Positions 45,896 through 55,147 of a DNA stretch of 60,457 nucleotides are shown piece by piece (position 1 is the stretch's first letter; every line of letters starts with the position of its first letter). Location: sequence record SRR20825006_1000, one strand, 5' to 3'. The notes under the pieces are model-generated. The model was given only the letters and a program-made list of their open reading frames with translations. It had not been told where the DNA came from and did no database searches. Position numbers and translations under genes: made by a program.

Positions 45896-48800
45896 TTAGC
45901 GAAGCCAACCAATTTGGTAGCCTTCGATCCTTAGGATCAACTCCTGGTTTTGCCCAACCAAGATCGCGGACATCATCCCACCATCCGAGACGGTGGTTGA
46001 TTCACCTTCCCATTGCACATGGACCTTCAATGGCTCACCGGGATCAGGCAAACGTCCAATCTCGATTGAATCGAACGAGACCGGCAGACTTGGTCGATCC
46101 GCAACATGGTATGCAAGCATGCCCGCGGCGTACAAAACCGCATCCATCGTCGCCGGCGACAAGACCCATCCCATCAAAGGACGTGCCTCGCCCGCCAAAT
46201 GAGCTGGACTTGGGGCGACAATAGTCCCGACCGCGATCGGAAGTTTGGACACATCATCGCCGGACATTCCCGCGTTGACGTTCGCAAATCCAATTGACCG
46301 CAAACACTGCAGCGATGGTCCGTGGTAAATCGGGGCTGTCTCGTCGGAGTACTGCACTGCGGCCTCCGTGACTTTCGTATCGCCGATTGCCACAATGGGC
46401 ACGCCGTCGTTTCCCAATTCGATCATTGCCGAGAAATGTGGGCGTTGAGCTTGGACCAACCGCCCGTCGCGTCGACGCAGATCGCTGACCAAAGACCACC
46501 GCGTATGCTCGGTTGGATCTTGCAATAGCTCGACTGCTAACGAATCATCCCCCATGAACTTCAGTGGCATGGTCGCCGAAACGTTTCGACAACGAACAAC
46601 CTTCTGATTGGTTCCAAAACGTGCCGCCTCGGCCAACATTTCAATTGCCATCACGAATGGCAGCGTAGGACGACCGTTCACGAGGTGGTGCTTCAAAAAC
46701 AAGTCACGTTCGGGATCAAGCGTTACCGCAAACGAATCCCGCGAGGTCGCTACCAACCGTTCTGTGGGGTCAATCATCGGCGAGGGGCCTGGCAACGAAT
46801 GCCCGGCTCGCGATGACACGGCGGGAAAGAACTTGCGGACGTAGCGACGGTCAGTGATCAGCACTTCGGCTTCATCACCACCATGCTCCATTTCATTTAG
46901 GAAATGCTGCAGCCCTTCATCGGCAGGCATGAATTCCATGCCAATCATGTCGAGTGCCAGCTTGGCTTCCGGTTTGGTCGCCATTCCGATGTCTCCCCAA
47001 GCGTGCCAATGAAAAGTCAGGCATCGGGTTTGGGGGCGTTGTTGACGCAACCGTCCAATCAACTTCGCGAGCATGTCATTCGCGGCGGAGTAGTCCGTGT
47101 GACCGTTGGCGCCAAAGCGTCCACTGATCGAACCGTAGCCGACGAAAAACTCCAACGGATCCTCCTGAGTCGCTGCAGCCAAAGCGATCGTCCCATCCAC
47201 CTTGGCGGAGAAACACTGAGCCACCTTGTCGGGACGCTTGCGATCAAAACGTGCGTCTTGACCGGACCCAGCACCTTGGATGACTCCGTGAATCGATCCT
47301 TCCATGCCTCGGATCTTCTCGACGACATTTTCAACGGCTTTGAAATCTGAAACGTTGACGCTGTGATAGGTCGCTTCGATCCCGCGTTCTCGACACGCTT
47401 GCAAAGTCAGATCGATCTCGATGGCCTTCTCGAGTTGCCGCCAAATCTTGACCGGGTTGCCACCTTCTTTCTGAATGCGAGCCATCATCACACGACGCAG
47501 ATCCGCTCGATCTCGCTGAGCATGCTCTCGCATGGACAGATCGATTTCCGGCACGGGGGCCATTCCCAACAGATGCAGTTTCAGCCCGTGCCGTTCGGCC
47601 AACGCCATCGCCGTCATCGCAGTGATCCCACGACCGCCGCCGGCAACAATCCAGGTTCCGCCCCGAGTGATTTGGTTCGCATCGGCGGCGATACCAAGCG
47701 GACGGTAACAGGCTTCCGTGGCCAAGCGTTGTTCACCCGCCACGGCGACTTCTTCGTCATAAGACGGAACCGCCAATTCTCGGAAGACACCGTCCACCAA
47801 ATCATCAGGGCTCGCACCGTCAATTTGATCGACAACCAACATCGGCGTGTCGCGATATCCACGCATCCAAGCCTCGATCAACATCGCTTTAGTAAGACCA
47901 GCCAACCCGCCAGACTCAGCCGAGCGACCTTTGATCTGTTCAGAAGTCTGGACCGATTCAGACATCGCGTCGAATCCGAAACCGCCACCCAACTTCAGCG
48001 TGGTAACCAAGGAAGCCTTGCCCATACGATCATCATCGATCGTTCGCTGCATCCAGCGTTGACACACTCGATAAGGAATCGCGAGTGCATCGGAATATCG
48101 TCGTTCCCAACCGGCGGTGTCCAGCGTTGTCCAGCAAGCCGCCTCATCATGTGGCGTCGTCAGGAACAAATGCGGCGTCGAATCAGTGGCCCAAATTCGA
48201 TCGAGCTCGGTATCCAAATCGGACAGTGTCAGTTCGGCGGCGATTCGATAAACGGCTACCCCAGCCATCCGACATCGATTTTCAACCGCATCCGCGACTG
48301 GATTGTTGCCGACGATCAGCGCCGCCCCATTCAGCTGCGGCATCGTCGGCATCCCTTTTCGTCGCGGTGCCGATGTCATCCGCATAACGAAACGATGTGT
48401 TCCCGTCGCAGGAGCTTGAGGTGTCTCCTCAGTTGCGGTGGGATTCTGATTCAGCGAGGCGTTTTTTTTTTCGTCCGTAGGCTGACCAATCTGATCCATC
48501 ACAAAAGCGTGAATGGATGAGAGGGTCGGGAAATCAGAAAGCTTCAAATTCGACTCACGAAGCGACTGCAACTCATATTGTTGTTCCAGTTCGCCGAGCA
48601 ATTGAGCTCGCTTGATGCTATCGATGCCCAGTTCTCCTTCGAGATCAGCATCCATGTCGATGATGTCTTCATCGTATCCCGTTTGATCGACGACCAAATC
48701 AATCATCAATCGCCGCAATGATTCAGCAATGTCGGTCGGAGCTTCATCGCTGACCTGGCTGCACTCGACATCGCTTTCGCAAGCGTCCAATGTCGCGTCA

Positions 48801-51800
48801 ATCAATTCGACTTCGCCGCAACTCGCAGGATCACCGACCAATTGCAGAATGTCATTGAGCGAAGCGAACTGAGCCAATCGCATCGATTGCGTGTCGACTT
48901 CCAAGTTGCCCCACTGAACGATCTCGCCGATCAACTGAGCTTTCTTGATACTGTCGACGCCCAACTCGGCTTCCAAGTCTGCATCGAATTCAATCACTTC
49001 CGGATCGTATCCCGTCAGGTCGACAACGAGATCAAACAAGAACGATCGCGCCGAGCGGACGCGGTCTTGCAAGTCCTCTTGTACCGCTGAGTCGATTGCT
49101 TCCGTGGCAACCGCAACCGGTTGAAGATGCCCCGACGCAACACTGCCGTGATGCACGCCGTTTACATGGGCCGTTCCATTGCCATTGATTGGCGGAATCG
49201 AAGCAGACGTTGTGCCAGCGTCACTCGCCATCGCTTTCGAAGCTAGATTGGCTTCATTGCGACTTTCATCCCGAACAGTCTCCTGTTGTCGCCGACTTCG
49301 ACGAGTCACATCGACGACTTCAAACGCGGGCTGGCTCGGTTCAACAACGCTCGTCGCGACCGCTTGCGGTGCCAAAGTGACTTCGCCAACCGCGCTGTCA
49401 GTGGACCGGTTCGACGAGTCCACCGAACGACCGAGGGATTCATAAGCCAAATCGATCAATTGCCGCTGCCGATTCGGATCGCGACCACGATCATCTGCCG
49501 ACAAACACAGGACATGCGGGGCGACCGTCGCGTTGGCCAAACGAGTCAGCACATTGTTGGGACCTACTTCCACCAGCAACTCGCAACCATCGTGGACCAA
49601 ACGCTCGGTCGCGCCGCTAAAGCACACCGGACGGGTCAACTGGGTGACCAAATTGTCGACAATGTCGGAGGGCTCGGCCAAGTAGCGATTCGAAACGGCG
49701 GACAGGAAAGCAAACCGTGGAGGTCGTGCGTTCTGACCGGTGAACCGAGCTCGCAACATCTCTTGCGCCGGCATCATCTCGGGCGTGTGGAATGCGGCTG
49801 GAACAGGAATCACGATTGACGCCATTCCAGATGCGGCAAGCTGCTTCTTTGCCGCCGCCATCTGGTCAGGAGATCCAGCGATCACTGTTTGCTGTGGCGA
49901 ATTGTGATGCGAAATCGTGTAACGAATGTCAGATCCCTGCAGGGCAGCATCTACCGCCGATGGTGCACCGCGAACGGAGAGCAATTCACCACGCTCTCGT
50001 GTTGTCATCACCACACTGTCACTTCGCGATTTGGCAAACTCGATCGCTTGTCGCGTTGACACGACGCCAGCACACCAAGCTGCTGTGCACTCACCAAAAC
50101 TGTGACCGAGCACCGCATCGGGACGCAAACCGCGACGCATCAGTGAATCGGCAAACATTGAACCGACCGCCAAAACCCAAGCCTGGGTCCACCATACGTC
50201 TCGACCAAGTTGAGAGTCGGGGTCGTGCAATCGATCCGAAACCGAAGGGAGTCCCATCGACTTCAGATTTCGATCGAATCCATCCAAGAAGGCTTGGCTG
50301 GCCGAACCATCCTTTGTTTGCAACCAAGTGGGCACGGCCGAGTACTGCGAACCTTGCCCAGGGAACAACCAACCGACGCGTGGATCGGAGAACTCACTGG
50401 AACGAGCATTTGGCAGCCAAACCCAGCCATCGTGTTTTGAAAGTACGCCAGACACCTGCTGGCGAACTGGACCAGCCAATGCCGCCAATGCCGCCGCTGA
50501 TAACTCGCTAGCATCTTTGGCCAACAAGACTGCTCGGAAAGTCATTGCCGACGAAGGCGAGAATTCCGAAACACGGGTCTCGGTCGAAGGCTTTCCACCA
50601 GCAATCTTTTCCAAAGAAGCTGTCAGAGCGTCCAACGATGCACACTGGAGTCGAACAACTAAAGTCTCTGACGCATCCAAGTCCGCCGCCGTCACGATCG
50701 CTTCGGAACGAGACCGTGTTGGCGCGGAAGAAGTCGGCTGAGGCGTGGATGCTAGGGAGGTCGAAATCAAAGTGGACTCGCCGGAAGACAATGTGGACGA
50801 CTCGTAGTTCATCTGGGGGGCGACACTATAATTAACTCGATATCCGTCGTCGGCAACTTCACCGATGGGGATTGAAATGCCGGAAGCATCCTTGCGATTG
50901 AACTTGGGTGACAATGTCGCCGCTATCGTTCGAACGATACCCTGACCGCCGCCCATATGCCCGATTTGGCCGACCAATTTTTGTGAAGAAATAAATCCGG
51001 GCACTTCAGAAAGACTCGCTGATTCCGCACGAGCCACCTTAACATCCCCCGCGAAAGACTCGGTCGGCTTGGACAAAACTCCCAGAATCGTTCTTCCTTC
51101 CGCTTTGGCGTCGGACAGACGTTGGAGCGTCAGAACTGCGACCCCTTCGCCGGGGATAATCTGCGATCCGTCGGCAGGTAGGTCTTCGGGTCGACCTGAT
51201 GGCAACAATTGTTTCTTGTGAGCGAGCTGCTCAAAAGCGACCAGATCCATGCCTCGCTGGGTCACGCCGCACAAAGCTAAATCGATCGCATGGCAATGCA
51301 GTTGTTCCATGGCTGTGATGAGCGCTAAGCCACCGGATGCCTCGTCCGCATCAACAGCAAACGCTCCGCCCATCAGGTCGAACGTTCTGGCGATTCGAGA
51401 CGCGAGCGTGCTGGCGGTGAAACCACCGGTCTCATCAAGAAGGGCACCATACTTTTTCAGTGCCAACTTTCTGAGTTCATCGGCGGCGGACTTGGTTGCT
51501 GATGTGTCCCATCCCATCGCCGCCAATGCTTGCCCCAGATGCTTTGCGATCTCAGGCAATCGCAAACCAATTTGCAGCTCGTTGCTGAACTGGCCGCCAA
51601 AAATCGTGCCGACGACAACACCGACACGCTCGCGGTCGACCGACCACTTCCCACCATCGAATTCGTCCATCGCTTGGCGAACCGCTTCAATCAACATCAG
51701 CTGCGCGGGGTTGGCATTCGCCACCATTTTTGGCGGGATACGGTAGGACTGCGCGTCGAACTTGAAATCCCGAACGTATCCACCGCGGCAATGAAGCGTT

Positions 51801-54721
51801 GTGTAGCTGGACCGATTCGGATCCAAACCCATCCAAGATCCGTTCTTCGCATCAACCACCCAGCGTCCTTCCGGCGGATCACTGATTGCGGATCGCCCGC
51901 TCTGAAGCAACGCCTGAAACTCTTGCAACGTTCCAGCACCCGGCAACACCACTCCACGACCAACGATCGCGATGGGCTCCTCAGTCAACTTGGCTTCTGA
52001 TGCAGAGCTGCCGGATGAAGGCTTCTCTTCGATCACCGCGTGAGCATTCAAACCACCAATGCCGAATGCATTGACCGCGGCGACGCGACCGCTGGACTTG
52101 GTTCGCTGCTGCCACGGTTCCACCCGATCCACAATCCGAACCGCTGGATCGCTCCAGTCGTGACGTTCAGTTGGAACAGCAAAGTTGATTGACGGCGGAA
52201 TCTCTCCTCGACGCATCGCCAGCAAACATTTTACCACGCCAACCAAACCAGCGGCTTCCAACAAGTGGCCCAAATTGCTTTTGACACTACCGATGGGCAA
52301 GACTGTCCGGGTGCTTTTGCCATCTCGCAAGAGCGACGTCAAACTTTCCAATTCCGTTGCATCGCCCACCTGAGTGCTTGTAGCATGGCACTCCAAATAA
52401 TCTATGTTGAGAGGTTCTGCATCAACTGCGCGACGCATCGCCGTTTGCTGACCTTCACTTCGCGGAGCCCAGAGGCCTTTGCCTTTTCCGTCGGACGCAA
52501 CCCCCACACCTCGCAACGTTGCCAAAACAGGGAGCCCGTTGGCTTCCGCGACGCTTCGACGAGCGACGACGACCGCGACGTAACCTTCGCTGCTGATCAA
52601 TCCGCTGGCACGGTTATCAAACGGGAACGATCCGGTTTCGCTGCACGCGCCCGACTGAGAAAACAACGCCAGATTGTCGACATTGTTGAACGTTGCCCCG
52701 CCGACGATTGCCAAGTCCAACCGATTCGCTGCAATTGCCGAAGCCGCATGCTGCAATGCCAAGAGCGAAGACGAACAAGCCGCGTCGATGACCTCTCGGC
52801 GGCCTTCGAATCCCATCAATCTCGCCGCCAAAGACGCCGCCGAGTACGCATTGAACGCTGGCGAATGACCTGACTCATACCGAGGCCGATCACGTCGGAT
52901 GGCCGAGGCAACGGTGTCTTTGACTTGGTTCCGCAAATCAGAATCGGTGTGGTGCATTGACGGCACCTGATCCACCAATTCCATCGCGGTTTTTGCCATC
53001 GTCGCCATCGCCAGCGGCCCACCCAGTTCGGTTCCACCGCTGTGGCCGACGAACACGCCAGCTCGCATGGCTTTGATCGATAGCGTCCGACTGGACGCCT
53101 GATGCAGCGGCGAATCCGACGACAAGCTGCCCGTGCCAGAAGCGGCCTTGAGTGCCGCGACGGCGACCTGGGCAAACTGGCGATGCGTCAAATCAAAATC
53201 GCCTAAAGACTGAATCGCATTCTCGACATTGGCGTCCAACGGGCTGGGCGAAACACAACCTCCCAACTGCGTGTACGTCTTTCCTGGAACACCATGCTGC
53301 TTCGCAAAATACAATTCGCGATTCAATCGGTCTTCAGGCATCGGTGCGATCACCGAACGCCCCTCAAACAGCATGCTTTCAAACGCTTTCGCGTTATCAA
53401 CTCCACCTGGCAAACGAACCTCGAAACCACAAATCACACAGTCGTCGGGGTCGCCGCTCGGGTGCGTTGCCGATGGTTGAAGTGCGGCTTGCGGTTCGGA
53501 TGACGGTCGCTTCGCTGCCTTCGGCACCCTTGTCGGAACCGCTGACCAATTGCCGATCATCTGCAGTAGTTCAGTGCTGCCAATCTCGGGCGTATCATCC
53601 AAGTGCGTTGTCGCGATCACATCATCGATGTTGGCGCGATCAAAGACAGGATCATCCCGAAAGTATGGCAAGAATGTTTTCACGAACGGATCCGCCATCT
53701 GATCCAACTCTTCGCGTTGAGTGGATCCACCGGCGGAATCGGGCCGGTCAAGTTGCCTTGGTCGTTTCAGCCGATCCGGTTTTCGCGTCTGCAACCATTT
53801 CGTTGTGGCGGAATGAAACGCCGCGTCCAGCGATTTGATTGCGGTGCCTTCTCGAGTCGTCAGGTGATACGTCCGACCGTGCAATCGTGGTGTGCTCATC
53901 ACCTTGCAAATCGCTCGAGCGATCCAGTCCACATCGACAATGTTCTTTCGTTCGCTTCCTGAAAAACCAAGGTCGCGAAACCACTGGCCGTCTTCCGGCA
54001 ACCCAAACCGTGACGCCAACATCTGGTACATCGAGAATGCACCATAGATTGTTCGATCGCCTGAGACCGGCGACAGTCCCGTCCGGTCAATCACAATCGA
54101 TGGACGATAAACGGTCAGGTTCGACCCACCAAACGCTTCTCGAACAATGCCTTCCGCGATCAACTTGCTTCGTTCGTAGTCATTTGCAAACGACTGACCC
54201 GTATCGCCTTCGGATTCCTTCACCCGTCCCGATCGCGTGCCGCAAACATAGGCGGTGGAGACATGATGCAACTGCGTGATCCCAAATGCATTGCAGAACG
54301 CCACGACCTCGCGGGTTCCGTCAACGTTGGTTCGATAAGGTTCGTTATCGCCCGCTGGATCGGCGGGCAAGAAACTCAGGCTCGCCGCACTATGCAGCAT
54401 TCGATCGCAATTGTCCCGAACCCACTGAACTGACTCGTCCGACAATCCCAATCGGGGCTGATTCAAATCGCCTTCCAAAACTTTTGGCCTCGGCAACGAC
54501 ACTTGCCACGCCTGTTCGAATCGCTCCAGGATTTGGTCAATGCGTTGTTCAGCCGTTTGCTTCCCTTTGGCTCGGACCAGGACCGCGCACTCGATTCGCG
54601 CCCTCAACAACTCAGCAACCACGTAGGAGCCAAGCATTCCGCTGGCTCCCGTGATCAAGGGCATTCGTCGATAGGGCGAGTCAGACATGATGTGAGCAGG
54701 GCTTCGCTGAACGGCGCTCAA
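45896..54721 (-). CDS. Iterative type I PKS/FAS: R(NAD_binding_4)-KS-KS(no Cys)-AT-ACP-ACP-KR-DH (alternative ATG start at 54688)
   Basis: R: TGASGMLG, YERSK, YRPSIV. KS1: DAACSSS, ECHATST, KSNLGH. KS2: DADEASG. AT: FPGQGSQY, GHSFGE, AFH. ACPs: LGVDSIK, LGIDSIK. KR: GGGRGI, YSAAND. DH: HLVNGRPTLP, MDAVL. Confidence 0.93.
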   Translation of the reverse strand: MSAVQRSPAHIMSDSPYRRMPLITGASGMLGSYVVAELLRARIECAVLVRAKGKQTAEQRIDQILERFEQAWQVSLPRPKVLEGDLNQPRLGLSDESVQWVRDNCDRMLHSAASLSFLPADPAGDNEPYRTNVDGTREVVAFCNAFGITQLHHVSTAYVCGTRSGRVKESEGDTGQSFANDYERSKLIAEGIVREAFGGSNLTVYRPSIVIDRTGLSPVSGDRTIYGAFSMYQMLASRFGLPEDGQWFRDLGFSGSERKNIVDVDWIARAICKVMSTPRLHGRTYHLTTREGTAIKSLDAAFHSATTKWLQTRKPDRLKRPRQLDRPDSAGGSTQREELDQMADPFVKTFLPYFRDDPVFDRANIDDVIATTHLDDTPEIGSTELLQMIGNWSAVPTRVPKAAKRPSSEPQAALQPSATHPSGDPDDCVICGFEVRLPGGVDNAKAFESMLFEGRSVIAPMPEDRLNRELYFAKQHGVPGKTYTQLGGCVSPSPLDANVENAIQSLGDFDLTHRQFAQVAVAALKAASGTGSLSSDSPLHQASSRTLSIKAMRAGVFVGHSGGTELGGPLAMATMAKTAMELVDQVPSMHHTDSDLRNQVKDTVASAIRRDRPRYESGHSPAFNAYSAASLAARLMGFEGRREVIDAACSSSLLALQHAASAIAANRLDLAIVGGATFNNVDNLALFSQSGACSETGSFPFDNRASGLISSEGYVAVVVARRSVAEANGLPVLATLRGVGVASDGKGKGLWAPRSEGQQTAMRRAVDAEPLNIDYLECHATSTQVGDATELESLTSLLRDGKSTRTVLPIGSVKSNLGHLLEAAGLVGVVKCLLAMRRGEIPPSINFAVPTERHDWSDPAVRIVDRVEPWQQRTKSSGRVAAVNAFGIGGLNAHAVIEEKPSSGSSASEAKLTEEPIAIVGRGVVLPGAGTLQEFQALLQSGRSAISDPPEGRWVVDAKNGSWMGLDPNRSSYTTLHCRGGYVRDFKFDAQSYRIPPKMVANANPAQLMLIEAVRQAMDEFDGGKWSVDRERVGVVVGTIFGGQFSNELQIGLRLPEIAKHLGQALAAMGWDTSATKSAADELRKLALKKYGALLDETGGFTASTLASRIARTFDLMGGAFAVDADEASGGLALITAMEQLHCHAIDLALCGVTQRGMDLVAFEQLAHKKQLLPSGRPEDLPADGSQIIPGEGVAVLTLQRLSDAKAEGRTILGVLSKPTESFAGDVKVARAESASLSEVPGFISSQKLVGQIGHMGGGQGIVRTIAATLSPKFNRKDASGISIPIGEVADDGYRVNYSVAPQMNYESSTLSSGESTLISTSLASTPQPTSSAPTRSRSEAIVTAADLDASETLVVRLQCASLDALTASLEKIAGGKPSTETRVSEFSPSSAMTFRAVLLAKDASELSAAALAALAGPVRQQVSGVLSKHDGWVWLPNARSSEFSDPRVGWLFPGQGSQYSAVPTWLQTKDGSASQAFLDGFDRNLKSMGLPSVSDRLHDPDSQLGRDVWWTQAWVLAVGSMFADSLMRRGLRPDAVLGHSFGECTAAWCAGVVSTRQAIEFAKSRSDSVVMTTRERGELLSVRGAPSAVDAALQGSDIRYTISHHNSPQQTVIAGSPDQMAAAKKQLAASGMASIVIPVPAAFHTPEMMPAQEMLRARFTGQNARPPRFAFLSAVSNRYLAEPSDIVDNLVTQLTRPVCFSGATERLVHDGCELLVEVGPNNVLTRLANATVAPHVLCLSADDRGRDPNRQRQLIDLAYESLGRSVDSSNRSTDSAVGEVTLAPQAVATSVVEPSQPAFEVVDVTRRSRRQQETVRDESRNEANLASKAMASDAGTTSASIPPINGNGTAHVNGVHHGSVASGHLQPVAVATEAIDSAVQEDLQDRVRSARSFLFDLVVDLTGYDPEVIEFDADLEAELGVDSIKKAQLIGEIVQWGNLEVDTQSMRLAQFASLNDILQLVGDPASCGEVELIDATLDACESDVECSQVSDEAPTDIAESLRRLMIDLVVDQTGYDEDIIDMDADLEGELGIDSIKRAQLLGELEQQYELQSLRESNLKLSDFPTLSSIHAFVMDQIGQPTDEKKNASLNQNPTATEETPQAPATGTHRFVMRMTSAPRRKGMPTMPQLNGAALIVGNNPVADAVENRCRMAGVAVYRIAAELTLSDLDTELDRIWATDSTPHLFLTTPHDEAACWTTLDTAGWERRYSDALAIPYRVCQRWMQRTIDDDRMGKASLVTTLKLGGGFGFDAMSESVQTSEQIKGRSAESGGLAGLTKAMLIEAWMRGYRDTPMLVVDQIDGASPDDLVDGVFRELAVPSYDEEVAVAGEQRLATEACYRPLGIAADANQITRGGTWIVAGGGRGITAMTAMALAERHGLKLHLLGMAPVPEIDLSMREHAQRDRADLRRVMMARIQKEGGNPVKIWRQLEKAIEIDLTLQACRERGIEATYHSVNVSDFKAVENVVEKIRGMEGSIHGVIQGAGSGQDARFDRKRPDKVAQCFSAKVDGTIALAAATQEDPLEFFVGYGSISGRFGANGHTDYSAANDMLAKLIGRLRQQRPQTRCLTFHWHAWGDIGMATKPEAKLALDMIGMEFMPADEGLQHFLNEMEHGGDEAEVLITDRRYVRKFFPAVSSRAGHSLPGPSPMIDPTERLVATSRDSFAVTLDPERDLFLKHHLVNGRPTLPFVMAIEMLAEAARFGTNQKVVRCRNVSATMPLKFMGDDSLAVELLQDPTEHTRWSLVSDLRRRDGRLVQAQRPHFSAMIELGNDGVPIVAIGDTKVTEAAVQYSDETAPIYHGPSLQCLRSIGFANVNAGMSGDDVSKLPIAVGTIVAPSPAHLAGEARPLMGWVLSPATMDAVLYAAGMLAYHVADRPSLPVSFDSIEIGRLPDPGEPLKVHVQWEGESTTVSDGGMMSAILVGQNQELILRIEGYQIGWLR

Positions 54722-55147
54722 AGCGGCAGAAGTACATATGTTTCGTATCGCCCAAGTTTATTCACAGAATCTCAAGTGCAAATGCTGTGACACAAAAAGA
54801 CGCCCATGCCGCGCGAGCCAAACCGTAAGATCCGAATCAAATCGATCACGCGGCTTGTGCGGAACGTCCCGATTGGATCCACGGCCTTTCCAGCACGCGT
54901 GTTCCATTGCAAAAGCCCGCCAAATCACCTCCGGCTCGATTCCGAGGGTTGTCTACGCGGACCGCTGGCCTCAACTGTCCATGCCGCTGCACTGTGAATT
55001 TCCCGCTAAAACCACGTTTCTGATTTGGCGGAACCACCTATTCTGACTAGGTTGATTGAAACGTGTGGAGGCGGCCACATCGGATCTCGCCCGATCAATT
55101 CGGCTTTGTCGGACTCCCGCAACTTCCTCTCTACCAGACCCGCGACC

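Noticed and set aside
47363-48520. 385-aa plus-strand ORF inside the PKS
   Set aside because: Antisense to the KR region; no motif support.
45896-54721. Calling the PKS an enediyne PKSE or a canonical PUFA synthase
   Set aside because: No C-terminal PPTase, thioesterase or enediyne cassette genes; no PfaD or FabA-type DH pair; it has an extra N-terminal reductase and a second KS.
54907-54923. Sigma54-like promoter TTGGCGGGCTTTTGCA upstream of the PKS (minus strand)
   Set aside because: GG-to-GC spacing is 9 nt, not the required 10.
54722-55147. Cobalamin riboswitch upstream of the B12 radical SAM gene
   Set aside because: No B12-box or other conserved riboswitch elements recognisable by eye; an Rfam/Infernal scan would settle it.
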